Shown piece by piece: positions 10,559-19,004 of a DNA stretch of 64,000 nucleotides. The translations under genes and the position numbers were made by a program. Positions within the stretch are counted from its first letter, which is position 1. Each line of letters begins with the position of its first letter. The stretch is from positions 419 through 64,418 of the forward strand of contig JBGUQI010000019.1 of NCBI GenBank assembly GCA_045130875.1. Direction: 5' to 3'. A model generated the notes under the pieces. That model saw only the letters and a list, made by a program, of their open reading frames with translations, searched no databases and was not told where the DNA came from. The stretch comes from Bacilli bacterium. Lineage in GTDB: Bacteria > Bacillota_I > Bacilli_A > RFN20 > CAG-826.

Positions 10559-11095
10559 TTAAGCGGGAGATAAAAATTTCACGGCGTAGTCACCAAAACC
10601 TGAAGCAAAAATCTCTTTGTACTCTTCAAAGGAAACCGTGTGACTTCCGATATAAGCAGATTGGAAAATAACTCCAAATTCATTAGTTTTAAGGGGATTT
10701 TTGATAAATCCATTGCGGATATAGAACTTTTCTCTTCTTAATCTATTCTCATAATCAGGATATTTTTTATCCACCTCTTCATAGCAGATTAATAACACAT
10801 AATCTTTAAATTTTTCTTTTAATATCGAGATGATTTTAGAACCATATCCCTTATCTCGTTGTTCTTCTTTAACAGCGAGGAAGAAGAGATAACAAATATC
10901 TTTATAAAAAGTCACAGATGCAAAACCGATAAAAGTATCCCCATCATAAAAACCAAAGAGTTGATTTATATCCTTTTTAAAATTTTTAAAGTATATATTC
11001 GCGGGAGGTCTTTCATCCTCAGGAAAGGCACTCAAAAATAAAGGCCTAATATCCTTTTTAATCTGAGGATAATCTCTAAAGTCTTTTACTATCAT
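10559..11095 (-). CDS. GNAT family N-acetyltransferase
   Basis: AFPEDER, FLAVxxxQRDKGYGS (acetyl-CoA motif A) and FYIRNGF. Confidence 0.9.
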   Translation of the reverse strand: MIVKDFRDYPQIKKDIRPLFLSAFPEDERPPANIYFKNFKKDINQLFGFYDGDTFIGFASVTFYKDICYLFFLAVKEEQRDKGYGSKIISILKEKFKDYVLLICYEEVDKKYPDYENRLRREKFYIRNGFIKNPLKTNEFGVIFQSAYIGSHTVSFEEYKEIFASGFGDYAVKFLSPA

Positions 11096-11625
11096 TTAAT
11101 TCTAATAATGTAATTTTCTTTACGAGGTTTAGGTTCAGGTTTTTCCATATCGGCATAACCTAAAGCGATTGAGGCAACACCCACAAGAGGTTCATTGATG
11201 CCCCATTTCTTTAATAAGGCTTTGCCTTCTTCTAGTTCAAATATTTCTCTACATCTATGAATCCAGCAAGAACCTAATCCCACAGCATAGGCTGCATTAA
11301 GCATATTGGTGCATACCGCGGCACCGTCTAGGGTACCAAGAAAATCGTTCTTTGCGATTTGAGTATATAAAATCAATATAATCGTGGGCGCTCCATAATA
11401 TGGAAGAACATCTCTTCCCATAATACCTGCACTTAAGCGATTTAAAACCGCAATATCTTCTTTATTTTGCACAGCAATAATAAGTGGGGATTGTAAACCC
11501 ATCGCTGTTGGAGCGTAAATACCAGCCTTTAAGACAGCATTTAATTCTTCTTCTTTAATCTGTTCAGGTTTAAATTTTCTAATCGAACGACGATTATATA
11601 AAACTTCTAAAGCTTGTTCTTTCAT
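11092..11625 (-). CDS. Nitroreductase family protein
   Basis: RRSIRKF, APTAMGLQ, AAYAVGLGSCWI and ALGY motifs. Confidence 0.92.
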   Translation of the reverse strand: MKEQALEVLYNRRSIRKFKPEQIKEEELNAVLKAGIYAPTAMGLQSPLIIAVQNKEDIAVLNRLSAGIMGRDVLPYYGAPTIILILYTQIAKNDFLGTLDGAAVCTNMLNAAYAVGLGSCWIHRCREIFELEEGKALLKKWGINEPLVGVASIALGYADMEKPEPKPRKENYIIRIK

Positions 11626-11714
11626 AATGGATACCTCTTATAAATATTCTAAGCGTTTTCTTTGAAATAATCATAAAAATATATATCATTGAAGTAGAAA
11701 GAGAGCGATAATTC

Positions 11715-12563
11715 ATGAAAGATTTTATTTTACATAATGGTAATAAAATACCAAATTTAGCCTATGGCACTTGGCTTATCAAAAACGAAGATGCTGAACA
11801 ATGCGTAAAAACCGCATTAGAAGTCGGATACCATCACATCGATACCGCACAAGCATATGGTAACGAAGAAGGTGTTGGTAAAGGTTTAAGAGCTTCTGGT
11901 TTAAAAAGGGAAGACATCTATGTCACCACTAAAGTCAAAGCGGAACATAAAACCTATAAGAAAGCCAAAGCATCTATCGATGAATCATTAAAGAAACTCG
12001 GATTAGATTATATCGATTTAATATTAATCCACTGCCCACAACCATGGATGCTCTTTAGAAGCAAGAGAAGATTCTTTAAAGAAAATATCCAAGTTTGGAA
12101 AGCATTAGAAGAAGCTTATAAAGAAGGTAAAGTCAGAGCTATCGGTGTCTCAAACTTCTTAATCGATGATTTAGAAAATATCATGAATAACTGTGAGATC
12201 AAACCAATGGTCAATCAAATTCTCTGCCATATCGGAAACACTCCAATAGATGTCATTAAATTCTGCCAAGAAAATGACATTATTGTCGAAGCCTATAGTC
12301 CAATCGCTCATGGAAGAGCCTTAGAAAATAACAACATCAAGTTGATGGCGGATAAATATAAAGTCTCCATCGCTCAACTCTGCATCCAATACACTCTTCA
12401 ATTAGATACCATCTCCATTCCTAAAGCTTCCTCAAGAGCGCATATTGAAGAGAACTTCAAATTAGACTTCACCATCTCCGATGATGATATGGTGGAACTC
12501 ATCAAACTCAATGAAATAGATTACGGCAAAGATTCCTTCTGGCCAGTATTCAAAAAAAGATAA
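11715..12563 (+). CDS. Aldo/keto reductase (AKR5/DkgA-like)
   Basis: IDTAQAYGNE, YVTTK, LDYIDLILIH, AIGVSNF, AYSP and IPK motifs. Confidence 0.93.
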   Translation: MKDFILHNGNKIPNLAYGTWLIKNEDAEQCVKTALEVGYHHIDTAQAYGNEEGVGKGLRASGLKREDIYVTTKVKAEHKTYKKAKASIDESLKKLGLDYIDLILIHCPQPWMLFRSKRRFFKENIQVWKALEEAYKEGKVRAIGVSNFLIDDLENIMNNCEIKPMVNQILCHIGNTPIDVIKFCQENDIIVEAYSPIAHGRALENNNIKLMADKYKVSIAQLCIQYTLQLDTISIPKASSRAHIEENFKLDFTISDDDMVELIKLNEIDYGKDSFWPVFKKR

Positions 12564-12564
12564 T

Positions 12565-12593
12565 AAAAAAGACTCATTAGAGTCTTTTCTTTT
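12565..12593. terminator. Bidirectional intrinsic terminator
   Basis: aaaaaagactc-atta-gagtcttttcttt between convergent genes. Confidence 0.65.
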
Positions 12594-13209
12594 ACCATAA
12601 TTCCTTTTTTAACTTTATGGAATCTTCTTTTGTTATTTTTCTTATGACCCGACACGGGTTACCCACTGCGAGAGAATGAGGGGGAATATCCCTTGTAACT
12701 ACAGAACCCGCACCGATAACGCATCCATCTCCGATGGTGACACCTGGAAGGATAGTCACACTACCACCAATCCAACAATTACTGCCAATGGTGACTGGCT
12801 TACCATATTCATCATCACTAACATAACCCTTATCTTTCATATAATAAGGTCTTCTTTCATCCTCTAAAAATGGATGCAAAGGAGTGTAAATCGAAACATT
12901 AGGACCGATAAAGACATAATCACCAATGGTGACTGGACAAGTATCTAAGGCTGTGAAATTGAAATTTGCATAGCAGCCTTTACCAAATTTGATATAGGTT
13001 CCATAATCCACTTGCATAGGTCCTTGGATATATAAATCAACCGCTTCAGGAAATAATTCTTTTAATATCTCTTGTTTACGGGAATCGTTTTCTTTTAATG
13101 AATTGAATTCAAGACAAAGATTATGGGCTCTTTCTCTTCCTTTTCTAAGTTCTTCGGTAAAGGGATCATAAATCTTCCCTTCTAACATGATTTTAGTGTT
13201 GTGGTCCAT
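12592..13209 (-). CDS. Maltose/galactoside O-acetyltransferase (hexapeptide repeat)
   Basis: VDYG, NFN and IGSNCWIGGSVTILPGVTIGDGCVIGAGSVVTRDIP. Start moved to ATG 13209, 1 bp after the upstream stop. Confidence 0.92.
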   Translation of the reverse strand: MDHNTKIMLEGKIYDPFTEELRKGRERAHNLCLEFNSLKENDSRKQEILKELFPEAVDLYIQGPMQVDYGTYIKFGKGCYANFNFTALDTCPVTIGDYVFIGPNVSIYTPLHPFLEDERRPYYMKDKGYVSDDEYGKPVTIGSNCWIGGSVTILPGVTIGDGCVIGAGSVVTRDIPPHSLAVGNPCRVIRKITKEDSIKLKKELW

Positions 13210-13210
13210 A

Positions 13211-14137
13211 TTATTTCTTTTTCTTCTCCGCATTTCTTTTATCGGAGATGATTTTCATCTCTTTTTCAGTGATGACTTTTACTCCATTTTCATCCGCCCA
13301 TTTGACACAACCTTGTAAAACGAGTTTTAAGAATGGACGAGGTACTTTCACTAAAGTCTTAAGTGCATCATCAGTAAATGTCACATCAGTATTTAGTCTA
13401 GTCGCCGCATATCTTAATGAAGATAAATCTATCTCACGATTAGGAATTCCCGTAGCTTCTGGCTTACGATAGTCACTACACCAGAAATCCTTGCTGTCCC
13501 TATAGCCCCAATTCGTGGGTAATGGGCAGAAATTGCCACGTGTAGCCCCATTAATCAAAGATTGGTAATATTTATCCTTTAATAAAATATGGTCGATTTT
13601 AAGGATGAAATGGGCACCATATTTAGAGGTAATGCCATTGAAGTCGTGATATGGTCCATCATATTCTTCTTGGACTTTATCATTTTCCGCATTATCTAAT
13701 TCTTTAACCCAAGTACATTCAAAGACTTGGAGAGCTTCTTTTAATATCTTAGGATATTTATCTTTTGGGTTTTGTTCTTGAGAAACACCATCGATTGGAG
13801 TGAATCTAAAATCTTTCATCTTCTCTTCGGGAGTATCTCCTGGGAAACCACAGTCAACATGCTGTTTAAAGTTTTTCTTGGTATAGGGCAAGAAATTGAT
13901 TGTGCATTTACCATGCCTTAATAAACCTTTCGCAGTATTAGAGGTATTGCGGCATTCTAAAACCATCGCATAATAACCTTTACCAGCAATGTAATAAGGG
14001 AAGATTAATGAATAGGCCCCATAAGAAGTTAATGAACCATCTTCATTTAAAGTTCCAATAAGCGTTAATGGCATTGGAAAAAAGGAAGATGATTGATAAA
14101 AATTATCTTTGATAATAATTTCCTTGAAGTCTTTCAT
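13211..14137 (-). CDS. Flavin-reductase-like (split barrel) protein with C-terminal PCP_red-like helical domain
   Basis: PMPLTLIGT...SNTAKGL...CTINF...LKEALQVFEC resembles the flavin reductase fold. The C-terminal FTDDALKTLVKVPRPFLK...WADENGVKVIT resembles PCP_red. SD aagggg before ATG 14137. Confidence 0.6.
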   Translation of the reverse strand: MKDFKEIIIKDNFYQSSSFFPMPLTLIGTLNEDGSLTSYGAYSLIFPYYIAGKGYYAMVLECRNTSNTAKGLLRHGKCTINFLPYTKKNFKQHVDCGFPGDTPEEKMKDFRFTPIDGVSQEQNPKDKYPKILKEALQVFECTWVKELDNAENDKVQEEYDGPYHDFNGITSKYGAHFILKIDHILLKDKYYQSLINGATRGNFCPLPTNWGYRDSKDFWCSDYRKPEATGIPNREIDLSSLRYAATRLNTDVTFTDDALKTLVKVPRPFLKLVLQGCVKWADENGVKVITEKEMKIISDKRNAEKKKK

Positions 14138-14150
14138 AAATATATCCCCT

Positions 14151-16109
14151 TTATTTTTTATGATGAACGACAATCATTGTGGTTTCTGGTCTAATAACTA
14201 ATTTGGATTTCTTGGTGAGATGTTCATTTAAGAAAATTATATTTTCAAAGTCGCATTCTGCCTCTTCTGGTGTATCCGCGAGAGTTAAGGCGTTGCCGAT
14301 TCCGGAGATGACCTTTCCGGTCATATTAACTACACCGCCGACAGCGTTACCCATAACTCCGAGTAATGTATTTTTCTTCTTTTCACCAATAAAGCCGATA
14401 GGCATAAAGTCTGTGTTACTGGAAGTATATATAGCGTGGATAAAGTCACCTTTAGAAGCGAACTCTAAATTATCTTTGATGTCTAATAATTCTTTGGCTT
14501 GTCTAATTTCGAAAGTTAATGATGAATCATTATCAGGCATCAATAGATCTTCAAAGAGTTTATGAGATTCAACATGGCACAATAACTGCGTCATATAGAC
14601 AGCAACGATTTGGTTGGCGATGATGACACCAGAAATGTTTAAAGATTCTAAAGAGAAGCGGTTGGATGGTTCGAAGATTTCCGCAAACACTTCCACATCT
14701 TTAGATAATTCTTTATTGGCTTTAATCTTGATTAATGACAAGAAGACATTGCCATCGAGGTTTTCTTCATCAGCATTATTATCGGAAAGAATCAAAATCT
14801 TTTTCTTTCCTTTAGCGTGGTCCACTTCTTTTAATAACTCATCGATGTCGACATCAGTGGGTAAAATCTTGAGATTAACTTTGCCTTCGCCTAAGGCATT
14901 GTGTTGTTCGACTGCAACCTTAATAGCGGCACTTCTATCGTTTTCACCAATAACGTATAAGCTGAAAGAATTCTTCGTTAAAGTCACCTTAAATGGCGCA
15001 GAACTCAAATATTTTTTCTTAAATAAGCCTCTTCTAACCGCGGATTCTTGTAAGGCGTTGAAATATAGTAATTCCTTTCCTTCTTGAGTTTCATATCTAA
15101 ATGTCGGCAAACAATTCGGATATCTAGTGAGGGCTTCTTCGACAGAATAGGGTTTATCTAATGCATAGAAAGAACCACCTCTAAAGGAGAACAAGGAATA
15201 ATACAAATCTGGATAGTTTGCATTAAGCGCAGCCTTGGCTAATACATGACCCACAATTGTGTTTCTAGAGAATATGGAAATGTGAGCTTTATTAAGTTCA
15301 GGAGAAGCTTCCATCAAATCATGGATGTTCTTAGTAACTTCTGGATCATCAGTTTCAATGACGATATTAGCTTTCTTGGTAATAGACATGACACTCATCA
15401 AAATCTTGAATGATGTAGAGTCATTCTTCGTTGATGAACTAACCCAGGATGAGGCACCTAAAATAGCGATGGAAGCCGCTTTATCAATATTGATTTCTTT
15501 TAAGGCTTTTCTACTGCTTGGATTACCTTGTTTAACAAAGATCTTTAAATGTTTCTTGGTGGTTCCTGTTTCTAAAAACAGGTTATCAATTTCTTCTTGG
15601 ATTTCATCTCTATTTAAAGAAGATAAGATAACAATAGTTTTGTCACCTTTCATAAAGGATAGTTCTCTCACGAGATTAGGTCCCACTGCTGACCATTCCA
15701 AAATCACAAAGTGATGTTTGATTTTCACCTTGCCTAAATTATGGATACGACGGTCGAACATACTTTGTAAAATAGATGTTGCTAAACCGATTAAGGCACC
15801 AGTAAAGGTGACCATTTGTAACACGGATAAGATAATCTTTAAGATAACAACGGCATTAGGAGCTTGATCATAAATACCACCGGTATTCATAGTGAAGACT
15901 AAGCAGTATTCTAAATTCTTTAAATATGATGCCAAATCAAGACCCATTGTAAAGCCATCTTTTTCAATGCCTCTCATGAGATAGGTCATCACCAAAGCCG
16001 CAATACCAATCAAAATGATGTTATAAATAATCAATAGATTAAAAATGACAAAATAAGGATGGGAATAATAAAATAGCTTTAATTTGTTAGGTTGCTTTCT
16101 TCTCTTCAT
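14151..16109 (-). CDS. CASTOR/POLLUX-like putative ion channel with RCK domains
   Basis: Two TM helices flanking a pore-like FTMNTGG segment, then HFVILEWS, GNPS and a second Rossmann-like RCK region (ILILSD, VFAEIFEP). Confidence 0.65.
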   Translation of the reverse strand: MKRRKQPNKLKLFYYSHPYFVIFNLLIIYNIILIGIAALVMTYLMRGIEKDGFTMGLDLASYLKNLEYCLVFTMNTGGIYDQAPNAVVILKIILSVLQMVTFTGALIGLATSILQSMFDRRIHNLGKVKIKHHFVILEWSAVGPNLVRELSFMKGDKTIVILSSLNRDEIQEEIDNLFLETGTTKKHLKIFVKQGNPSSRKALKEINIDKAASIAILGASSWVSSSTKNDSTSFKILMSVMSITKKANIVIETDDPEVTKNIHDLMEASPELNKAHISIFSRNTIVGHVLAKAALNANYPDLYYSLFSFRGGSFYALDKPYSVEEALTRYPNCLPTFRYETQEGKELLYFNALQESAVRRGLFKKKYLSSAPFKVTLTKNSFSLYVIGENDRSAAIKVAVEQHNALGEGKVNLKILPTDVDIDELLKEVDHAKGKKKILILSDNNADEENLDGNVFLSLIKIKANKELSKDVEVFAEIFEPSNRFSLESLNISGVIIANQIVAVYMTQLLCHVESHKLFEDLLMPDNDSSLTFEIRQAKELLDIKDNLEFASKGDFIHAIYTSSNTDFMPIGFIGEKKKNTLLGVMGNAVGGVVNMTGKVISGIGNALTLADTPEEAECDFENIIFLNEHLTKKSKLVIRPETTMIVVHHKK

Positions 16110-16123
16110 ACACTATGAACTCC

Positions 16124-17335
16124 TTAAATCTTTTCAATATCTTTCCAATGATTCACTATTTCTTTAACTTCTAGTTGGGCTTGTTCTTTACTAATTCCAT
16201 TGGCCAAATAGTTGTGGATGAGTACCGCAATTCTTTTGGCGGTTTCTTCATCGCATCCACGAGTGGTAACCGCGGCAAAACCAATTCTAAGGCCGCTGGC
16301 TTGTTTGGGCTTTAAAGTATCTCCAGGAATCATATTTTTGTTTAAAGTGATTCCGATATCCTCTAATTTTGTCTGTGCTTCTAAACCAGTAAGATTAAAT
16401 GATTTTAAAACATTCAATAAGAATAGATGATTATCAGTTCCACTGACAACATCTCCGAGTTTAGCGAATTCATCACAGCACGCTTTATTATTGACTATTA
16501 CTTGTCTGATATATTCTTTAAAGTCAGGACTGAGGGCTTCTTTGAAGCAGACCGCTTTACCGGCAATGACATGTTCCAATGGACCGCCTTGATAATATGG
16601 GAAAACCGCACTATTGATACGTTTAATAAGTTCATCGCTATTAGTGAGAATCAAACCACCACGAGGCCCTCTTAAAGTCTTATGTGTTGTGGAAGTTACG
16701 ACATCAGCATAAGGGAATGGATTCATATGTTCGCCCGCAGCGATTAAACCAGCGATATGGGCCATGTCCACCATTAAATAAGCTCCCACTTCTTTAGCGA
16801 TTTCTCCAAACTTCTTAAAATCAATTGCATATGGATAAGAACTATAACCAGATAAAATGACATCCGGTTTTTCTTTTAAAGCAATTTCTCTAATTGAAGA
16901 ATAATCTAAATGACCAGTACTATCTAATGGATAGAAAACAAATTGATATTGATGGGAAGAGAAACTCACTTCACTACCATGAGTGAGATGCCCACCATCA
17001 TTTAAAACTAAAGACATAATCTTGCCACCGTTAGGCAGTAAGGCCCTATAAGCGGCAGCGTTTGCTTGGGAACCACTATGTGGTTGCACGTTCGCATATT
17101 TACAGTTAAATAATTCACAAGCTCTATCGATGGCGAGTTGCTCGATCTGATCGACGACTTCGCATCCACCATAATATCTTTTCCCTGGATATCCTTCCGC
17201 GTATTTGTTGGTCAAAATAGAACCGCATACCTTGCGAACTTCTTTGCTCGCATAGTTTTCACTAGCGATTAATTCCAAGCCAAAATTCTGTCTATGTAAT
17301 TCTTTTTTAATGAGATTATTAATTTGCTTATCCAT
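16124..17335 (-). CDS. glyA: Serine hydroxymethyltransferase
   Basis: LELIASEN, NKYAEGYPGKRYYGG, NVQPHSGSQAN, TTHKTLRGPRGG (PLP Lys) and QGGP. Confidence 0.98.
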   Translation of the reverse strand: MDKQINNLIKKELHRQNFGLELIASENYASKEVRKVCGSILTNKYAEGYPGKRYYGGCEVVDQIEQLAIDRACELFNCKYANVQPHSGSQANAAAYRALLPNGGKIMSLVLNDGGHLTHGSEVSFSSHQYQFVFYPLDSTGHLDYSSIREIALKEKPDVILSGYSSYPYAIDFKKFGEIAKEVGAYLMVDMAHIAGLIAAGEHMNPFPYADVVTSTTHKTLRGPRGGLILTNSDELIKRINSAVFPYYQGGPLEHVIAGKAVCFKEALSPDFKEYIRQVIVNNKACCDEFAKLGDVVSGTDNHLFLLNVLKSFNLTGLEAQTKLEDIGITLNKNMIPGDTLKPKQASGLRIGFAAVTTRGCDEETAKRIAVLIHNYLANGISKEQAQLEVKEIVNHWKDIEKI

Positions 17336-17345
17336 AGATACTTTC

Positions 17346-19004
17346 CTAATAGTTTATATAAACCCTCGTTTCATAAGGATTTAAAACATCGTTATCATTA
17401 TTATAATTTGATAACGCTAATTTATAACCATTTAATTTTTTAATTAAACTAATCTTCTGTTTTTTGTTTACGAAAGAGGAAATGACCACTACTGATTTAT
17501 TTCCTAACTTTCTTTCATAAGCAAAGGTGTTTTTATCATGAGGTAATAAATCGATATATTCCCCATCTTTAATTACTTCATTATCTTTTCTAAAAGAAAT
17601 AAGCTTCTGGTAATAATGATAAATCGAATTATCATCTTTTATCGCTTCTTCTGCGTTGATAAAGGATTTATTCTCATTTACTTTTAACCACGGTTTAACT
17701 TTAGAAAATCCTGCATATTCACTATCATCCCACTGCATCGGAGTTCTAGCGTTATCTCTTGAGCAGGAATACAAACTCTTCTTAAGAATAGGTTTTAAGA
17801 TTTTAATCTTCTCACCTAAAGCATGGATGTTATGAGTTTCCACATCCATGAAATCATCTAGAGAAGAGAAATCACCATTGGTCATCCCAATCTCTTGGCC
17901 TTCATAAATGAATGGAGTTCCTTGAAGTAAGAAATAAGTAGTTCCTAGCATCTTCGCGGATTCAATGCGTAGTTCCTTATCATCAGTGTTAAATCTTCCT
18001 ACACTTCTTCTCTGGTCATGGTTTTCAATGAATAAGGAATTCCAACCACATCCATGCAAAGCATGTTGCCATTTACTCACTACTTTCTTAAGTCTCTTAA
18101 GTTTGAATTTTCGATAGAACCATTTGATACCAAAATAGTTATCAGTATCAGTATGATCAAAGTTAAAAATCATCGATAATTCTTCTCTTTCAGGAAGCAC
18201 TAATAATTTGGCTTGTTCCACTGTGGAGAGGACTGTTTCACCAACAGTCATGCAATCATAGTTTTGATAAACATCTTCATATAGTTCATGGAGATATTCA
18301 TGGAGTCTTGGTCCATTCACAAAATACTTCTTACCTCTAAGAGCAATCATTGGAGCATCAGATTTAAATCTTTGGTCTTTGCTAATCAAAGTAATGACAT
18401 CACACCTAAAACCATCAACACCCATATCGAGCCAGTATCTCAGAATGTCTTTAACTTCTTCTCTGACTTTTGGATTTTCCCAGTTTAAATCAGGTTGTCC
18501 TTTAGCAAACAATCTGAGGTAATAATCCTCACTATCACCAATTCTCTGCCAAGCTCCTTCGCCAAAGAAACCAGACCAGTTATTCGGTGGTTTTTTGCCG
18601 TTTTTGCGGCCTTTTTTGATGATATAGTAGTCTCTATACGGAGAATTCTTGTCTTTTATTGCCTCTTGAAACCAGGGGTGTTCACTAGAGGTATGATTGA
18701 CCACTAAATCCATGATTAAACGGATGCCTCTTTTGTGCATCTCACTTAACATCTTCTTAAAATCTTCAAGGGTACCAAATGGTTTATAGATATCACGATA
18801 ATTAGAGATATCGTAACCATTATCTTCTTGAGGGGAATCATATACCGGTGATAACCAAACACAGTTAACACCTAAATCTTTAAGATAATCTAGTTTAGAG
18901 ATAATACCTGGAATATCACCGAGGCCATCTCCATTTCCATCACAAAAAGAACGGGGATAGATTTGATATATAATTGCGTCTTTATACCAATCAGTGTGTT
19001 TCAT
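17346..19004 (-). CDS. GH13 alpha-glucosidase (oligo-1,6-glucosidase-like, GH13_31)
   Basis: YQIYPRSF, DNGYDIS, DLVVNHTS, QPDLNW, GFRCDV (nucleophile), TVGE, ENHDQ and RDNARTPMQW. Confidence 0.93.
   Translation of the reverse strand: MKHTDWYKDAIIYQIYPRSFCDGNGDGLGDIPGIISKLDYLKDLGVNCVWLSPVYDSPQEDNGYDISNYRDIYKPFGTLEDFKKMLSEMHKRGIRLIMDLVVNHTSSEHPWFQEAIKDKNSPYRDYYIIKKGRKNGKKPPNNWSGFFGEGAWQRIGDSEDYYLRLFAKGQPDLNWENPKVREEVKDILRYWLDMGVDGFRCDVITLISKDQRFKSDAPMIALRGKKYFVNGPRLHEYLHELYEDVYQNYDCMTVGETVLSTVEQAKLLVLPEREELSMIFNFDHTDTDNYFGIKWFYRKFKLKRLKKVVSKWQHALHGCGWNSLFIENHDQRRSVGRFNTDDKELRIESAKMLGTTYFLLQGTPFIYEGQEIGMTNGDFSSLDDFMDVETHNIHALGEKIKILKPILKKSLYSCSRDNARTPMQWDDSEYAGFSKVKPWLKVNENKSFINAEEAIKDDNSIYHYYQKLISFRKDNEVIKDGEYIDLLPHDKNTFAYERKLGNKSVVVISSFVNKKQKISLIKKLNGYKLALSNYNNDNDVLNPYETRVYINY

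Noticed and set aside
2820-12593. Two hairpins with the same GACTC-N4-GAGTC stem (2826-2839 and 12571-12584) as a REP-like repeat family
   Set aside because: Only two short copies, both at convergent gene ends with A/T tails. They are adequately explained as ordinary bidirectional terminators.
14179-15714. Three consecutive long antisense ORFs opposite the channel gene (similar ones at 5689-6000, 30607-31089 and 52738-53184)
   Set aside because: These are shadow ORFs produced by codon bias of the sense gene: Ser/Leu/Phe-rich, with no SD and no motifs.
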